From an uncultured Acidobacteriaceae bacterium (GTDB taxonomy: Bacteria; Acidobacteriota; Terriglobia; Terriglobales; Acidobacteriaceae), in the NCBI GenBank assembly GCA_963731525.1, contig CAVSWK010000024.1, forward strand, positions 72,164 through 136,163: 64,000 bases of DNA. Direction: 5' to 3'. The notes below the pieces were generated by a model. The model made no database searches and was not told the DNA's origin. It saw nothing but the letters and a program-made list of their open reading frames with translations. Below are positions 28,947 through 39,042 of this stretch, one piece after another; within the stretch, counting starts at the first letter, position 1; each line of letters starts with the position of its first letter. A program made the position numbers and the translations under genes.

Positions 28947-29966
28947 GTGCGGGATCAGGTGGTGGATTTCGTTCGGCGCTGGTCGGAGAAGACCGAGATC
29001 AGCGTCGGCCGATTTATTCATTGGCTGGGGGTGACCGTGAGCAAGTTTTACAACTGGGGGCAGCGCTATGGGCGAGTGAATGAGCACAACGGTTGGGTAC
29101 CCCGCGATTTCTGGTTGGAGACGTGGGAGAAAGAAGCCATCATCGGCTTCCACGTGAACAATCCGTTGGAAGGCTATCGGCGACTTACGTTCATGATGTT
29201 GGATCAGGATGTGGTGGCAGTGAGCCCGGCGAGCGTATGGCGTGTGCTGAAACAAGCGGGATTACTGACGCGCTGGAAAGCGAAGCCGTCGCGCAAGGGC
29301 ACTGGCTTCGAACAGCCGCTGCAGCCGCACCAGCACTGGCATGTGGATGTTTCCTATATCAACCTGTCGGGTACGTTCTATTACTTATGCAGCGTGCTGG
29401 ATGGATGCAGTCGTTTTCTGGTGCATTGGGATCTGCGGGAGTCGATGAAGGAAGCGGACATCGAGAGGATTCTGGAACGAGCCAAGGAGAAGTACCCGGG
29501 AGCTAAGCCGCGGATCATCTCCGACAACGGACCGCAGTTCATCGCTCGGGACTTCAAGGAGTTCATTCGTATCTCCGGGATGACGCACGTGCGCACCTCG
29601 CCGTTTTACCCGCAGTCGAACGGAAAAATCGAACGCTGGCATAAGTCGCTCAAACGGGAGTGCATCCGGCCACTGACCCCGTTGACGCTGGAAGATGCGC
29701 GCCGCCTGATTCAAATCTACGTGGATCACTACAACACGGTGCGACTGCACAGCGCGATCGGCTATGTGACGCCGCAGGATCGGCTCGCCGGACGACAGGC
29801 CGAGATCCACGCGGCTCGCGATCGCAAGCTAGAGGAGGCGCGTAGACGACGGCAACTTCGCCGGCAGCAGACGGCGTCTTTAAGATTTGCACACTCTTCA
29901 ACCGCAGCTACAATGACCTCGCCGGGTGAAACGGAAGCGGGCTCTGCCGGGAGGCAACCATGCTGA
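28947..29966 (+). CDS. IS3-family transposase OrfB
   Basis: Identical to 13186-14205. Confidence 0.92.
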   Translation: MRDQVVDFVRRWSEKTEISVGRFIHWLGVTVSKFYNWGQRYGRVNEHNGWVPRDFWLETWEKEAIIGFHVNNPLEGYRRLTFMMLDQDVVAVSPASVWRVLKQAGLLTRWKAKPSRKGTGFEQPLQPHQHWHVDVSYINLSGTFYYLCSVLDGCSRFLVHWDLRESMKEADIERILERAKEKYPGAKPRIISDNGPQFIARDFKEFIRISGMTHVRTSPFYPQSNGKIERWHKSLKRECIRPLTPLTLEDARRLIQIYVDHYNTVRLHSAIGYVTPQDRLAGRQAEIHAARDRKLEEARRRRQLRRQQTASLRFAHSSTAATMTSPGETEAGSAGRQPC

Positions 29967-30446
29967 GGGATAACCTGGTGGGGCTCATCGAGCCGATGCT
30001 CAGCAGCGCGGGAGCCAATCCTCTCGCGCTCTGCATTGCGATGAACGAGTCATCGGACGATAGACCCCAAGATGCCTTGAAAATCCCCGCCCCGAAGGGG
30101 CGGAATCTTACACTAACGGAGAACGCCGCTTCTCCATTTCACGCTGAGCCAAAACATTTGCGGTGCCCCGTGTGCCCTGGAAACCCCGTTCGAGGTCTGG
30201 GGATCAAGCGACAGGATGCCACGCAAGGAACCAAGCTAAACGTCCTTGCGGCTACGTGCGGACATTCCTGGATGCTTTCAGATGGCACTGCCATGGCAAT
30301 CAGGAAGGGCCTCGCAGCAGATAGGCGCATAATCTCGGCGTTCCTGGACGCCATCTGATGGTTGAGTTTTCGCTTGCGAACGCCGATCTGTACCGAGCTT
30401 CAGAGGAGCGCCTCAGGAACGCATTGATGTTGGGGACAACCCGCCA

Positions 30447-30914
30447 ATGCTTAGCCTTGTATTCATCGCGGTCGTGACTACCCTGGCCGTGTTCACTATT
30501 TTGGCCAAAACATGCGCGGGCAAAACCAAAAAGGCAGAAAAGTGGGAGAAGGGAGAAATCATCAAGCAGCTCTTGGCACTATCTGAGCGCGAAAACAGCA
30601 GTTCGGTAGTCGCAGCTCCTCCGGCCAGAAGTCCATGCTCTGCGTCCACCTCATCCACATGCGGTGACACATCGCGAAAGGGCACATCTCGGGGGCGCAA
30701 CTCGAAGCGAAGATACCCGACCGCGAGCTCTCAGCCCCCGATCTTACCCAGACCCAACCAAGCCGACGCCCAAATTGAAGAAAAAATCCGCCAACGCGCG
30801 TATGAGTTGTATCAAGAACGTGGCCGAGTGAATGGAAGCCCAACAGATGACTGGCTGCAAGCAAAACAGGAAGTGTTGAGCCGCAAAGCCCGAGCGGGCA
30901 ACGGATCGTCCTAA
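30447..30914 (+). CDS. membrane-anchored DUF2934-like protein
   Basis: N-terminal TM helix. C-terminal IRQRAYELYQERGRVNGSPTDDWLQAKQEV matches the DUF2934 signature. Confidence 0.6.
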   Translation: MLSLVFIAVVTTLAVFTILAKTCAGKTKKAEKWEKGEIIKQLLALSERENSSSVVAAPPARSPCSASTSSTCGDTSRKGTSRGRNSKRRYPTASSQPPILPRPNQADAQIEEKIRQRAYELYQERGRVNGSPTDDWLQAKQEVLSRKARAGNGSS

Positions 30915-31084
30915 TCATTTCTCGTCTGTACTTCGCGGCGAAAAGGAACAACTCCAGAGTTGTCGCAACCAGGCGTCTCTAATAATGTCGGCAGTGTCAA
31001 GCAATTACACGCAATATAAAAAGGCGCCCACTTTGCGGTAGGTTGTGATTGTTGGGATCACCACTTACCAAAAGGAGCGCCGTT

Positions 31085-32157
31085 ATGAAGCAAGAAAAGT
31101 ATATTGGCATGGACGTTCACCAAGCAACGATCTCGGTTGCCGTCATGGATTCCAATGGCAAGCTGATCATGGAATGCATCCTGGAGACGAAGGCGGCCAC
31201 GATTCTGGAGTTCATCGATGGGCTACGCGGAAGTCTATCGGTGACCTTTGAAGAGGGAACTTCTGCCGCCTGGTTGCATGATCTGCTGAAACCTCATGTC
31301 ACCCATCTTGTGGTCTGCGATCCAAGGAAGAACGCCCTGCTGAAAGACGGCAGCAAGAGTGACCGGATCGATGCGCGCAAGCTGGCCGAGTTGTTACGCG
31401 GCAACCAGCTCCATTCGGTGTACCACGGAGAGCACGGGGTGCGCACCTTAAAGGAGTTGGGTCGCAGCTATCAAACGCTCACGAAAGATATCACTCGAGT
31501 CATGAGTCGGATCAAAGCGCTGTACCGCAGCTGGGCGATTCCCTGTAGCGGAGCCACGGTCTATGCCCCGCGACATCGCGCCGAGTGGTTGGCTAAGATC
31601 CCGCAACCCGGAGTTCGTCTGCGGGCCGAACGGTTGTATCAGCAACTGGATCTATTGCAACCGGTGCGCCAGGAAGCGCGACGCGACCTGCTGCGAGAGA
31701 GCCGCCAACATCATGTCGTGAAATTGCTGCGTCAGGTTCCCTCGATCGGTCCCATTCGTGCCGCCTTGCTAGTGGCGCTGCTGCAGACACCCCACCGTTT
31801 CCGTACCAAGCGTCAGCTGTGGGCTTACAGTGGTTTCGCGATCGAGACTCACGACAGCGGCGAGTACCGCTATGTCAGAGGGAAGCTACGACGAAACCGG
31901 GAGCGCATCACCGTGCGGGGACTGAATGACAACCATAATCATGATCTGAAGAACCTGTTCAAAGGCGCTGCTCTCTCTGCGAGTACTCGCCCCGGACCGC
32001 TGTACGATTTCTATGGTGCCCTCCTGGAGAAGGGGATGCGTCCAACCATGGCCCGTCTCACCCTGGCACGGCACGAAAGATTGCCGCGATCACTTTAACC
32101 ATTTGGAAGAAAGGAGCAAGTTTCGACGCCAAACAATTGCATCGGCAAGCCGCTTGA
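31085..32157 (+). pseudogene. IS110-family transposase, frameshifted by a 5-nt tandem duplication
   Basis: N-terminal YIGMDVHQATISVAV (DEDD family). GCACG GCACG at 32066-32075 shifts the frame. Removing one copy restores the typical C-terminus LARKIAAITLTIWKKGASFDAKQL. Confidence 0.8.
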
Positions 32158-32794
32158 GCGTCTCTGGTAAGAGGCCTTTCCATCTCCGGTGATTCTCTCG
32201 GGTGGTGGTCGGTCGGGTTCTCGAGACGCTCGGTTCGAGGTGAGTATCAGTCAATGAGATCGGCCCTGTGTGCTTCGGCACCGAGTCACCCATTACACGT
32301 TATGCCTCCTCGGATAACCAGAAATAGCGATAGGCCACGAGCCTCCGATAGAACCATGGTTGACACTCCAATCAACCAGGTCCGCTTGCCAAGTTTCAAG
32401 ACTCGATTGGCGTGGTCACCACCGGAAGATGAAACCCACGGGAAGGGCAAACAAGCCAGAGCAAAACCTCTCGAGCGCAATCGAGGGGCACTTACAGTCA
32501 GTGGGCTGGATCTCGAGACTAAAATCTTCTCGGCCTCCGGTCGAGGGAGAATTTTTTTCTTGACATCCCTTTTTATAGAACTCATTGAGAATTGGCCGAT
32601 CTGGTCAATGCGCAGTCGCACTCGTAGCGCGGTCACACTCGTACCCCAGGAGAGTGCAGTGATAAAAACGTGATAGTTCTATGCTCAAAACGGGTCAAAA
32701 GGGATCAGGACGCGTCAGAACGTCATCCTGGAAAGTCCTTGAAGAATCATGTAGAGTAGAGAATTTTCACAACGGTTCAGAACACACTGTGTGA

Positions 32795-32860
32795 TCTTCA
32801 AAACCGGCGGGCGGCATCTTCGATGTTGCTGGTGTGTTCGACTCACACACGCTTCCGCCA
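32795..32860 (+). repeat. direct repeat of tRNA-Sec 3' two-thirds (att-like, 66 nt, 2 mismatches)
   Basis: TCTTCAAAACCGGCGGGCGGCATCTTCGATGTTGCTGGTGTGTTCGACTCACACACGCTTCCGCCA matches 7447-7512. Identity starts in the anticodon loop. Confidence 0.9.
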
Positions 32861-33341
32861 ACTATGTAATCGCTGCGACCCTGCATGAAGGTGCCGATAT
32901 CTGGGATGACATCGGCGATCAGTAGGTTCGTACCGGGCGCCACAGACTTGATTCGGCACGCAGCTTCACTGTCTCTCCAGCGCACTCGCCTTACTGCGCA
33001 GGCGGCTCCGGTCGAAAGCAAAAGACTATCGTTACCTCCCGAGGCGAGTGTTTTTCCGCAACGGATTGGGTGGAGCACTTCCCAACGTAGTTCACGTCCG
33101 GGGCATCTTACCGAACTCCATTGCTGCCTATCGCAAGCTCTCTGGATCCCGCGCGATTGTTGCTACGGCGGGTGTGCGGTTACCATGTTTATAAGACACA
33201 TCAATCTCGATTGCATCCCAATGCTCGGCGGGCCCGACGTAGTACGGCGCCAATCACCAATCCTAGAATCAGGCCCGCAATTATTTTGATAATCTTCTCT
33301 CTCCATGACAGGTCAATTGCGACTCTGGCGAGAGAGACAGA

Positions 33342-34220
33342 TTAGTTCCCAGCTGCCGCCTGTTGTCCAGAACTCCTCGGCGACAAACGCAGGTGGACCA
33401 GAATGTTCAGATGATTCCCGACCAGGACATTGAAATTTGCGGGGCCAGGATAGTCCTCGGCATTGCCCGCATACGGCGCTTCGGGAAGGGCAGGAGCCAT
33501 CAGAAGCGTTCCCGTGCACTGGGAGCCGCGATAGTCCTCACCCACACCGGCTTGCGCTTCGCAGTTTTTATCCTGAACTACGGGCGGCCAGTAGGTGCTG
33601 ACTACAGCCCTCACCAATTGGGGGTAATCCTCGCGGAACATACGCGTCGACCCTGACGCCACGATGCTGCCGTCTTTCTGCCCCTTCCCGTCGGCCGCCG
33701 GAAGAGAGAAAACGAAAGTGGCTTCGTGCGAAACGCGATGGATCATCGGGGGGCCATACACGGGTCCCGCGTAGGCTTCACTCGGGGTCGCCTCGACGTT
33801 GCGATCCACGCGTGTCAGGATCAGATTGCCTGTGGTTTGCAGCCGCCCGTCCGCCGTCCGGACAGCTCCCTTGGAGTGGAAACATACCAATGTGTGATTC
33901 GACAGATCGGCCTCCCATTGACTCAGGAATTTCCCGTCCTCATCAATATCTGGCGTCATAGAGCCAGCCGGATAGATTCTGAAATCGAAGGAGGACTTGG
34001 CGGGGTTGTCATTGTCCAGTTCGACTCGACCATTAACCCGGGAGAAGCCGAGGGTTACGTCTATTTTCGTTTTTCCATAATCCGTTGTCGCGTCCGTGAT
34101 CAGTTGGGCATCGGAATGACGGGCGTCTACCTTCCAGGACCCGGTCGTGACGGTAGGCTGGCTGGGAACGCCCATAGCGAGCATTCCTGCCACTGCGAGT
34201 AGAACCGTGTATTTAAACAT
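33342..34220 (-). CDS. YceI-like domain secreted protein
   Basis: Signal peptide MFKYTVLLAVAGMLAMG, then WKVDARHSDAQLITD...GFSRVNGRVELD, typical of the YceI family. RBS GGAGGAG. Confidence 0.6.
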   Translation of the reverse strand: MFKYTVLLAVAGMLAMGVPSQPTVTTGSWKVDARHSDAQLITDATTDYGKTKIDVTLGFSRVNGRVELDNDNPAKSSFDFRIYPAGSMTPDIDEDGKFLSQWEADLSNHTLVCFHSKGAVRTADGRLQTTGNLILTRVDRNVEATPSEAYAGPVYGPPMIHRVSHEATFVFSLPAADGKGQKDGSIVASGSTRMFREDYPQLVRAVVSTYWPPVVQDKNCEAQAGVGEDYRGSQCTGTLLMAPALPEAPYAGNAEDYPGPANFNVLVGNHLNILVHLRLSPRSSGQQAAAGN

Positions 34221-34544
34221 TTTCTTCTCCTCCATGTAGATTCTGTGTTTTTCATGAAGCTGGCCAACGAAGTCGACGTAGGCTGGCTCCCTGATCATTC
34301 ATTCCCGTGAAGACGCAGCTGACTATGATGCTGCCTTCCCTCCATCGATTTCGGGGGCGGTGGATTCTTCACCCGCCCTGATACCCAACTCAACAAACGC
34401 ACTGGGGGACATAAACGATTTGCCCCATTCCGAGTCGCAGCGGACGGCCGGGTTTGTGGCGACAGTCTCCGCCAGGAAAGTTTTTTCGACCCGGGTTCCC
34501 AGAGTGCGATCTTCCCGGGGGCATTCTATAGGCGACGGTTTGAA

Positions 34545-34862
34545 ATGATACACTTCTGTGAGTTTTTGGGCGACCAGCTGACAAGCAATCTACCGTGCAT
34601 TACGGACCTCATGCCGGACTACCGGACAAACCTCGCCTTGTACCCAAGATTCCAGGCCTTCTTCGGTGAGTATCAGCCGCCAACCCTGATTGTCTGGGGC
34701 AAGAACGATGTCGTCTTTCCGCCGGAAGGGGCGACTCCATATGCCCGCGATCTCAAGAACATCAAGACCCATATGCTAGATACCGGCCTGGAGACGCACG
34801 GGGAAGAAGTAGCAAGTCATATCGAATCTTTCTTCCTTATGCGGCAATCCAAAGCGGCATAG
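34545..34862 (+). pseudogene. alpha/beta-hydrolase C-terminal remnant
   Basis: Only the last ~100 aa are present (PPTLIVWGKNDVVFPPEGA...HMLDTG-LETH). The expected GHFALE catalytic-His segment is shortened, and there is no N-terminal two-thirds. Confidence 0.6.
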
Positions 34863-34900
34863 ATGCGGGGTCGGCTGGCCCGAAGCCGAAACGAGAACCC

Positions 34901-35545
34901 ATGTCCCACAACTTTGGATCGTTGGTGTTCACTCCGGCCATTAAGGCCTTGCAAGAGCGATACGGCAGCCGCCGGCAATACGCGGGGCTTGAGGGGTCAG
35001 AGCCGTCGCCCGTTCGCCTTGGCCCGCAGGAGTCGGAGTTCATCGGCGAACGCGACACCTTCTATATGGCGACTCTGGGCTTGACCGGTTGGCCTTACGT
35101 TCAGCACCGAGGCGGCCCGAAAGGTTTTCTGAAGGTGATCGACGAAAGGACCATCGCTTTCGCCGATTTTCGCGGGAACAAGCAGTACATCACTACCGGC
35201 AACCTGATCACCGACAACCGGGTAGCGCTTATCCTGGTCGACTATCCAAGACAGTTACGTCTCAAAATCCTGGGTCGGGTTGAGATTTTCGAAGGAGAGC
35301 AAGCGCGAGAGTGGCTCAAGAAAGTTCGCGACCCAGCGTACAAGGCATTTACCGAGAGGGTATACGTAATCCGAATCGAGGCCTTCGACTGGAATTGCCA
35401 ACAACACATTGTTCCCCGGTACACGGAGGAAGAAATTCGAGAGGCGGTCGCCCCCGCAGAAAACAGAATGCGCGAATTAGAGCAAGAGAATCAGAAACTC
35501 CGGGAGGAGCTCTCGCGTCTCGGCAAGAAAAACGGAAATATTTAA
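34901..35545 (+). CDS. pyridoxamine 5'-phosphate oxidase-family FMN-binding protein
   Basis: TFYMATLGLTGWPYVQHRGGPKGFLKV...FADFRGNKQYITTGNL...ALILVDY is a split-barrel PNPOx-like pattern. Coiled-coil tail. Confidence 0.7.
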   Translation: MSHNFGSLVFTPAIKALQERYGSRRQYAGLEGSEPSPVRLGPQESEFIGERDTFYMATLGLTGWPYVQHRGGPKGFLKVIDERTIAFADFRGNKQYITTGNLITDNRVALILVDYPRQLRLKILGRVEIFEGEQAREWLKKVRDPAYKAFTERVYVIRIEAFDWNCQQHIVPRYTEEEIREAVAPAENRMRELEQENQKLREELSRLGKKNGNI

Positions 35546-35574
35546 CTCAAATCACACCGAAGGAAATCGGAGTG

Positions 35575-36372
35575 ATGACCACCATGGCCGGCAACGAACG
35601 ATTCCAGAATGGTGCGCAAGATTACGTCGCGTACCTTGAGACACCCGAGGGCCGATTGCGCACCGACTTGGCATTCGCCCACCTGAAGGATTTTCTTCCC
35701 CGGTCGCAGGCCGAGGAGTCATTGTATGCGCTGGATGTCGGGTGCGGCACAGGAGCGACGGCGGTTCGCCTGGCGCGTCTTGGCATCCGCGTTACGCTGC
35801 TGGATTCGTCTCCGGCGATGCTCGATATAGCGAAACGCACAGCACTGGAAGCAGGAGTTACTGACAAAATCATATTGCAAATCGGCGACGCTACCCGGTT
35901 GACGAACTTGTTTCAGACTCGATCGTTCGATGTAATTCTGTGCCACAACGTACTGGAATATCTCGACGACCCGATTGCTGTGTTGCGCGGCGCGGCTCGC
36001 GCCTTGCGGGATTCATCAGGGATACTGTCAGTCCTTGTGCGGAACCGGGCCGGCGAAGTATTCAAGGCCGCTATCCAAGCCGGCGATTTGGCGGCTGCGG
36101 AAAATAACCTCACCGCTGAGTGGGGGCAAGAGTCTTTGTACGGAGGCCGGGTACGACTGTTTACGTCAGGTGGCCTGCAAGCCATGCTGAAAGCGGCGTC
36201 GCTGGCGGTGATTGCCGAGCGGGGTGTACGCGTCCTTGCGGATTACTTGCCGTCTTGGATTTCCCGCAGCGCAGACTACGAACGGATTCTTAAACTGGAG
36301 CGCAAACTGAGCAGCCGGCCAGAGTATGCCGCAGTCGCGCGCTACACACAATGCTTCGCGCGTTTGCTTTGA
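35575..36372 (+). CDS. class I SAM-dependent methyltransferase
   Basis: LDVGCGTGATAVRLARLG (motif I) and FDVILCHNVLEYL. Start at ATG 35575 rather than the overlapping upstream extension. Confidence 0.8.
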   Translation: MTTMAGNERFQNGAQDYVAYLETPEGRLRTDLAFAHLKDFLPRSQAEESLYALDVGCGTGATAVRLARLGIRVTLLDSSPAMLDIAKRTALEAGVTDKIILQIGDATRLTNLFQTRSFDVILCHNVLEYLDDPIAVLRGAARALRDSSGILSVLVRNRAGEVFKAAIQAGDLAAAENNLTAEWGQESLYGGRVRLFTSGGLQAMLKAASLAVIAERGVRVLADYLPSWISRSADYERILKLERKLSSRPEYAAVARYTQCFARLL

Positions 36373-36378
36373 TGGTCG

Positions 36379-37470
36379 ATGGTTGATGGAGAATGGTTCA
36401 TGAATAACGTCGCCGGCAAATCTTCCTCCATCCCATCCGTCGCGAGGGCGCCTGATACCACGATTGCGCTTGGGCTCGGGCTCACCAACGAGTGTAACCT
36501 CTCCTGCGCTTTCTGCTACCGAGATCCAACCCGCACTGATCGACTCTCTCTGGATCACGTGAAATCCGTCATGGAACGACTGCCGATCCGTTCGGTGAAT
36601 CTGGGCACCGGTGAGAACGGCATGCATCCGGAGTTCAAAGCGATTCTGGCCTACCTGCGAACGCAACCGATCAAGCTCACCATCACTTCCAACGGCCACA
36701 GCGTTGCTGCTTTGGAAGACAACGAGTTGCGCGCCTTTCACGATATTGAGTTTTCTCTTGATTACCCGACGCAAGCCGAACAGGATGCACAGCGCGGAAG
36801 CGGTAATTGGGAGCTGATCCACCAGCAAGCGGAACGTTGTGTGAGGCTGGGTGTGCCCGTAACCATCGTCGCGGTCATGATGAAAGCGAACTACTTGCGC
36901 CTGGCGGAGGTAGCGCGAGTAGCCAAACAGTTTGACGCTCCCCTGCGTGTGAGCGTGTACCAGGCGGTACGATCCGACATCTATGCGTTGTCCTACGAAG
37001 AGTATTGGGAGGGGTTCCGGCATCTCTTTGCGGAAACCGACGTGATCGCCATTGGCGAGCCGCTGGTTCGAGCGATCGCAGGCCTCCCGCCGCTCCGGGG
37101 AGGATGTGGCGTAAGCACCGTGAGGGTTACGCCGCGCGCCACGACGCAGCCCTGCGTTTATTGGCCGGGATCGGGGGAGCCGCTGTCGGATTTGATCTCG
37201 ATGGGGCTCGACATTCTAGACTCACCGCCCTTCGACCAAGCCCGCACGCTTCCCGATGCGTGCAAGCCCTGTGAGTTCCGGGACTCATGCCATGGTGGCT
37301 GTGCCGGACGCCGACGCCTCCAGGGCGCGCTGCTAGAGCCCGACTGTTACTGTCCGATCGTTCGCGGGGAGCGTCCGAACCTGAAGATTCGCATGGCCGC
37401 CACCCGCGACCTGCCCAAGTTGAGCAGTTCGTGCACTACCGTAGTGATTGCCAGAGAGGCTGATTCGTGA
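36379..37470 (+). CDS. radical SAM protein with C-terminal SPASM/twitch-like Cys cluster
   Basis: CNLSCAFCY (CX3CX2C), and CKPCEFRDSCHGGCAGRR plus CYCP near the C-terminus. Alternative start at 36400. Confidence 0.8.
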   Translation: MVDGEWFMNNVAGKSSSIPSVARAPDTTIALGLGLTNECNLSCAFCYRDPTRTDRLSLDHVKSVMERLPIRSVNLGTGENGMHPEFKAILAYLRTQPIKLTITSNGHSVAALEDNELRAFHDIEFSLDYPTQAEQDAQRGSGNWELIHQQAERCVRLGVPVTIVAVMMKANYLRLAEVARVAKQFDAPLRVSVYQAVRSDIYALSYEEYWEGFRHLFAETDVIAIGEPLVRAIAGLPPLRGGCGVSTVRVTPRATTQPCVYWPGSGEPLSDLISMGLDILDSPPFDQARTLPDACKPCEFRDSCHGGCAGRRRLQGALLEPDCYCPIVRGERPNLKIRMAATRDLPKLSSSCTTVVIAREADS

Positions 37471-37520
37471 AGAACGGTCAACTGCCCGAACCAGCCCGTC
37501 CGCTGTTTATTGAGCTCCGT

Positions 37521-38258
37521 TTATTGCGCTTTCATCCAGGTATCCGAGCCTGTCAGCTTAACTGCTACGTCTGAAATGAAGATGTGCAGGGGCTTGCCAT
37601 CGGCGGTGCCGCGGTGCTCCGTTGAGATCAGGAGAGGACCGGCCTTCTTGTAGCCCGCCCAGGTTGCGTTGACGAGGCTCGGCTTCTCGGTCCCGCCGTG
37701 GTGGAAGACAAGGTACTCGACGCGGTTGTCTTTGCCGACGTAGAGTTCCCAGGTGTCGCCGGGCGTGTAGCCGCCGACCTCCGGGGCATACTTCACTGCG
37801 ACCAGCTCGGCCGAGCCACTGCCAACCGGCAGTTTATGCATACCTTCGTCGGTCACGGTGGCGCTGGTGTCCCAGTAAGCATGGAGCGGGAACAGAAGCC
37901 AATAGTTATCGTTGGTGAAGCCCCGATCGATTTCATTTTTCACGTTGTCGGGCTGGCTGCTGAGCTCGGAGCGCATGTAGGTAACCTTGACCGGCTTGCC
38001 GTCTTTATCCTTCCCCTCGTAGGAGACCTTGCCGGTTTTGGGCTCCCACTCCCACGTGCGAGAAAGTTTGAAGAGCCCGGTAATTTCCCCGTTCCAGGTG
38101 TAGCGTATCGCCTCGATTTGTCCAAACGAATCGAGACCATAGGTCTTGGCGACCTGATCGAGAATTGGCGGGCGATTCTGCGCCCACGAGGTTGCAGCAA
38201 GGACAAGCACAGCGAAAGCCAGAAATCGGAACATCGTTGCACGGCTCGCATTTGTCAT
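37521..38258 (-). CDS. hypothetical secreted protein (paralog of 42199-42954)
   Basis: Signal peptide FRFLAFAVLVLAATSWAQ. About 85% identity to the other copy. Confidence 0.6.
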   Translation of the reverse strand: MTNASRATMFRFLAFAVLVLAATSWAQNRPPILDQVAKTYGLDSFGQIEAIRYTWNGEITGLFKLSRTWEWEPKTGKVSYEGKDKDGKPVKVTYMRSELSSQPDNVKNEIDRGFTNDNYWLLFPLHAYWDTSATVTDEGMHKLPVGSGSAELVAVKYAPEVGGYTPGDTWELYVGKDNRVEYLVFHHGGTEKPSLVNATWAGYKKAGPLLISTEHRGTADGKPLHIFISDVAVKLTGSDTWMKAQ

Positions 38259-38376
38259 AGAGTTCGCTCCTCGGTGAATTGAACGGATGCTTTCTTGGAT
38301 GACGGGCAAAGGCTTCCGGATACAGAAGTCGACCGCGCACACCGCCGCCGAAAGCACGCTAATGATGGAATTAGTA

Positions 38377-39024
38377 TTACGCACTGATTCCTGAGGTTTC
38401 GAGAGAAGAGATCAAATCAACGACTTCATTTGTGGTCACAATGGCACTGGCGTAGTTCGGGATATTGACGTCGAGAGCGGCGTGCATTTCCTCATCCGAG
38501 TAATCCGTGGTCGCGTCTTTTACCATTGTGACCTCGTAGCCAAGCTCAGCGGCATAACGAACCGTTGCCTCCACACACGTGTGTGCGATCAGTCCCATGA
38601 CGATGAGCTGATGGATGCCATGTTTCTTGAGTTGCAAATCCAAATCCGTATTGGCGAAACCACTGGAACCCCAATGCTCGAGCGCCACGATTTCGCCCGG
38701 TTGAGGTTTGAACTCGCTGCGAACCTCGCCACCCCAGGTGCCGTATTCGAACGTCTTGTGCAACCACGCTGCCTTCTGGATGGGCGCAATGTACTTCCAA
38801 GTCTCGTAGTCGCCTGGACGGTATCGACGATGCAGCGCATAGAAAACGCGAAGCTCCGCCTTCCGCGCAGCATTCAGGACTTGCAGCATATGAGGAATAC
38901 AATCATTTGCTTCTGCAACCGTCTTCAAGCGACCCCATACTTTGCCTCCCTCGGAAATGAAATCGTTGTACGGGTCGATGACGAGAAGTGCAGTGATCTC
39001 TTTGTCATACTTCAGATTTGCCAT
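38377..39024 (-). CDS. isochorismatase-family cysteine hydrolase
   Basis: ALLVIDPYNDF...LIVMGLIAHTCVE motifs. Confidence 0.8.
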   Translation of the reverse strand: MANLKYDKEITALLVIDPYNDFISEGGKVWGRLKTVAEANDCIPHMLQVLNAARKAELRVFYALHRRYRPGDYETWKYIAPIQKAAWLHKTFEYGTWGGEVRSEFKPQPGEIVALEHWGSSGFANTDLDLQLKKHGIHQLIVMGLIAHTCVEATVRYAAELGYEVTMVKDATTDYSDEEMHAALDVNIPNYASAIVTTNEVVDLISSLETSGISA

Positions 39025-39042
39025 GTCCTTTCCTCCTCGCAA

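Larger units (their letters stand above)
28549..30156 (+). mobile_element. IS3-family insertion sequence, copy B (1608 bp, identical to copy A)
   Basis: Every ORF on both strands has the same translation as in copy A, at a constant offset of 15761 nt. Same termini. Flanking TTT(T)/TTT(G). Confidence 0.92.

Noticed and set aside
32795-32860. tRNA-like fragments (also at 21745-21768 and 50178-50202) considered as extra tRNA, pseudo-tRNA or tmRNA genes
   Set aside because: All of them lack the 5' acceptor and D arms and match only the 3' part of tRNA-Sec. They are better explained as att-site remnants.
35311-35574. Long N-terminal extension of the methyltransferase ORF overlapping the PNPOx gene
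   Set aside because: The extension is Arg/Gly-rich and overlaps the 3' end of a well-supported gene. ATG 35575 gives a normal methyltransferase N-terminus.
36166-37023. 285-aa minus-strand ORF
   Set aside because: It is antisense to the radical-SAM gene, which has unambiguous Cys motifs.
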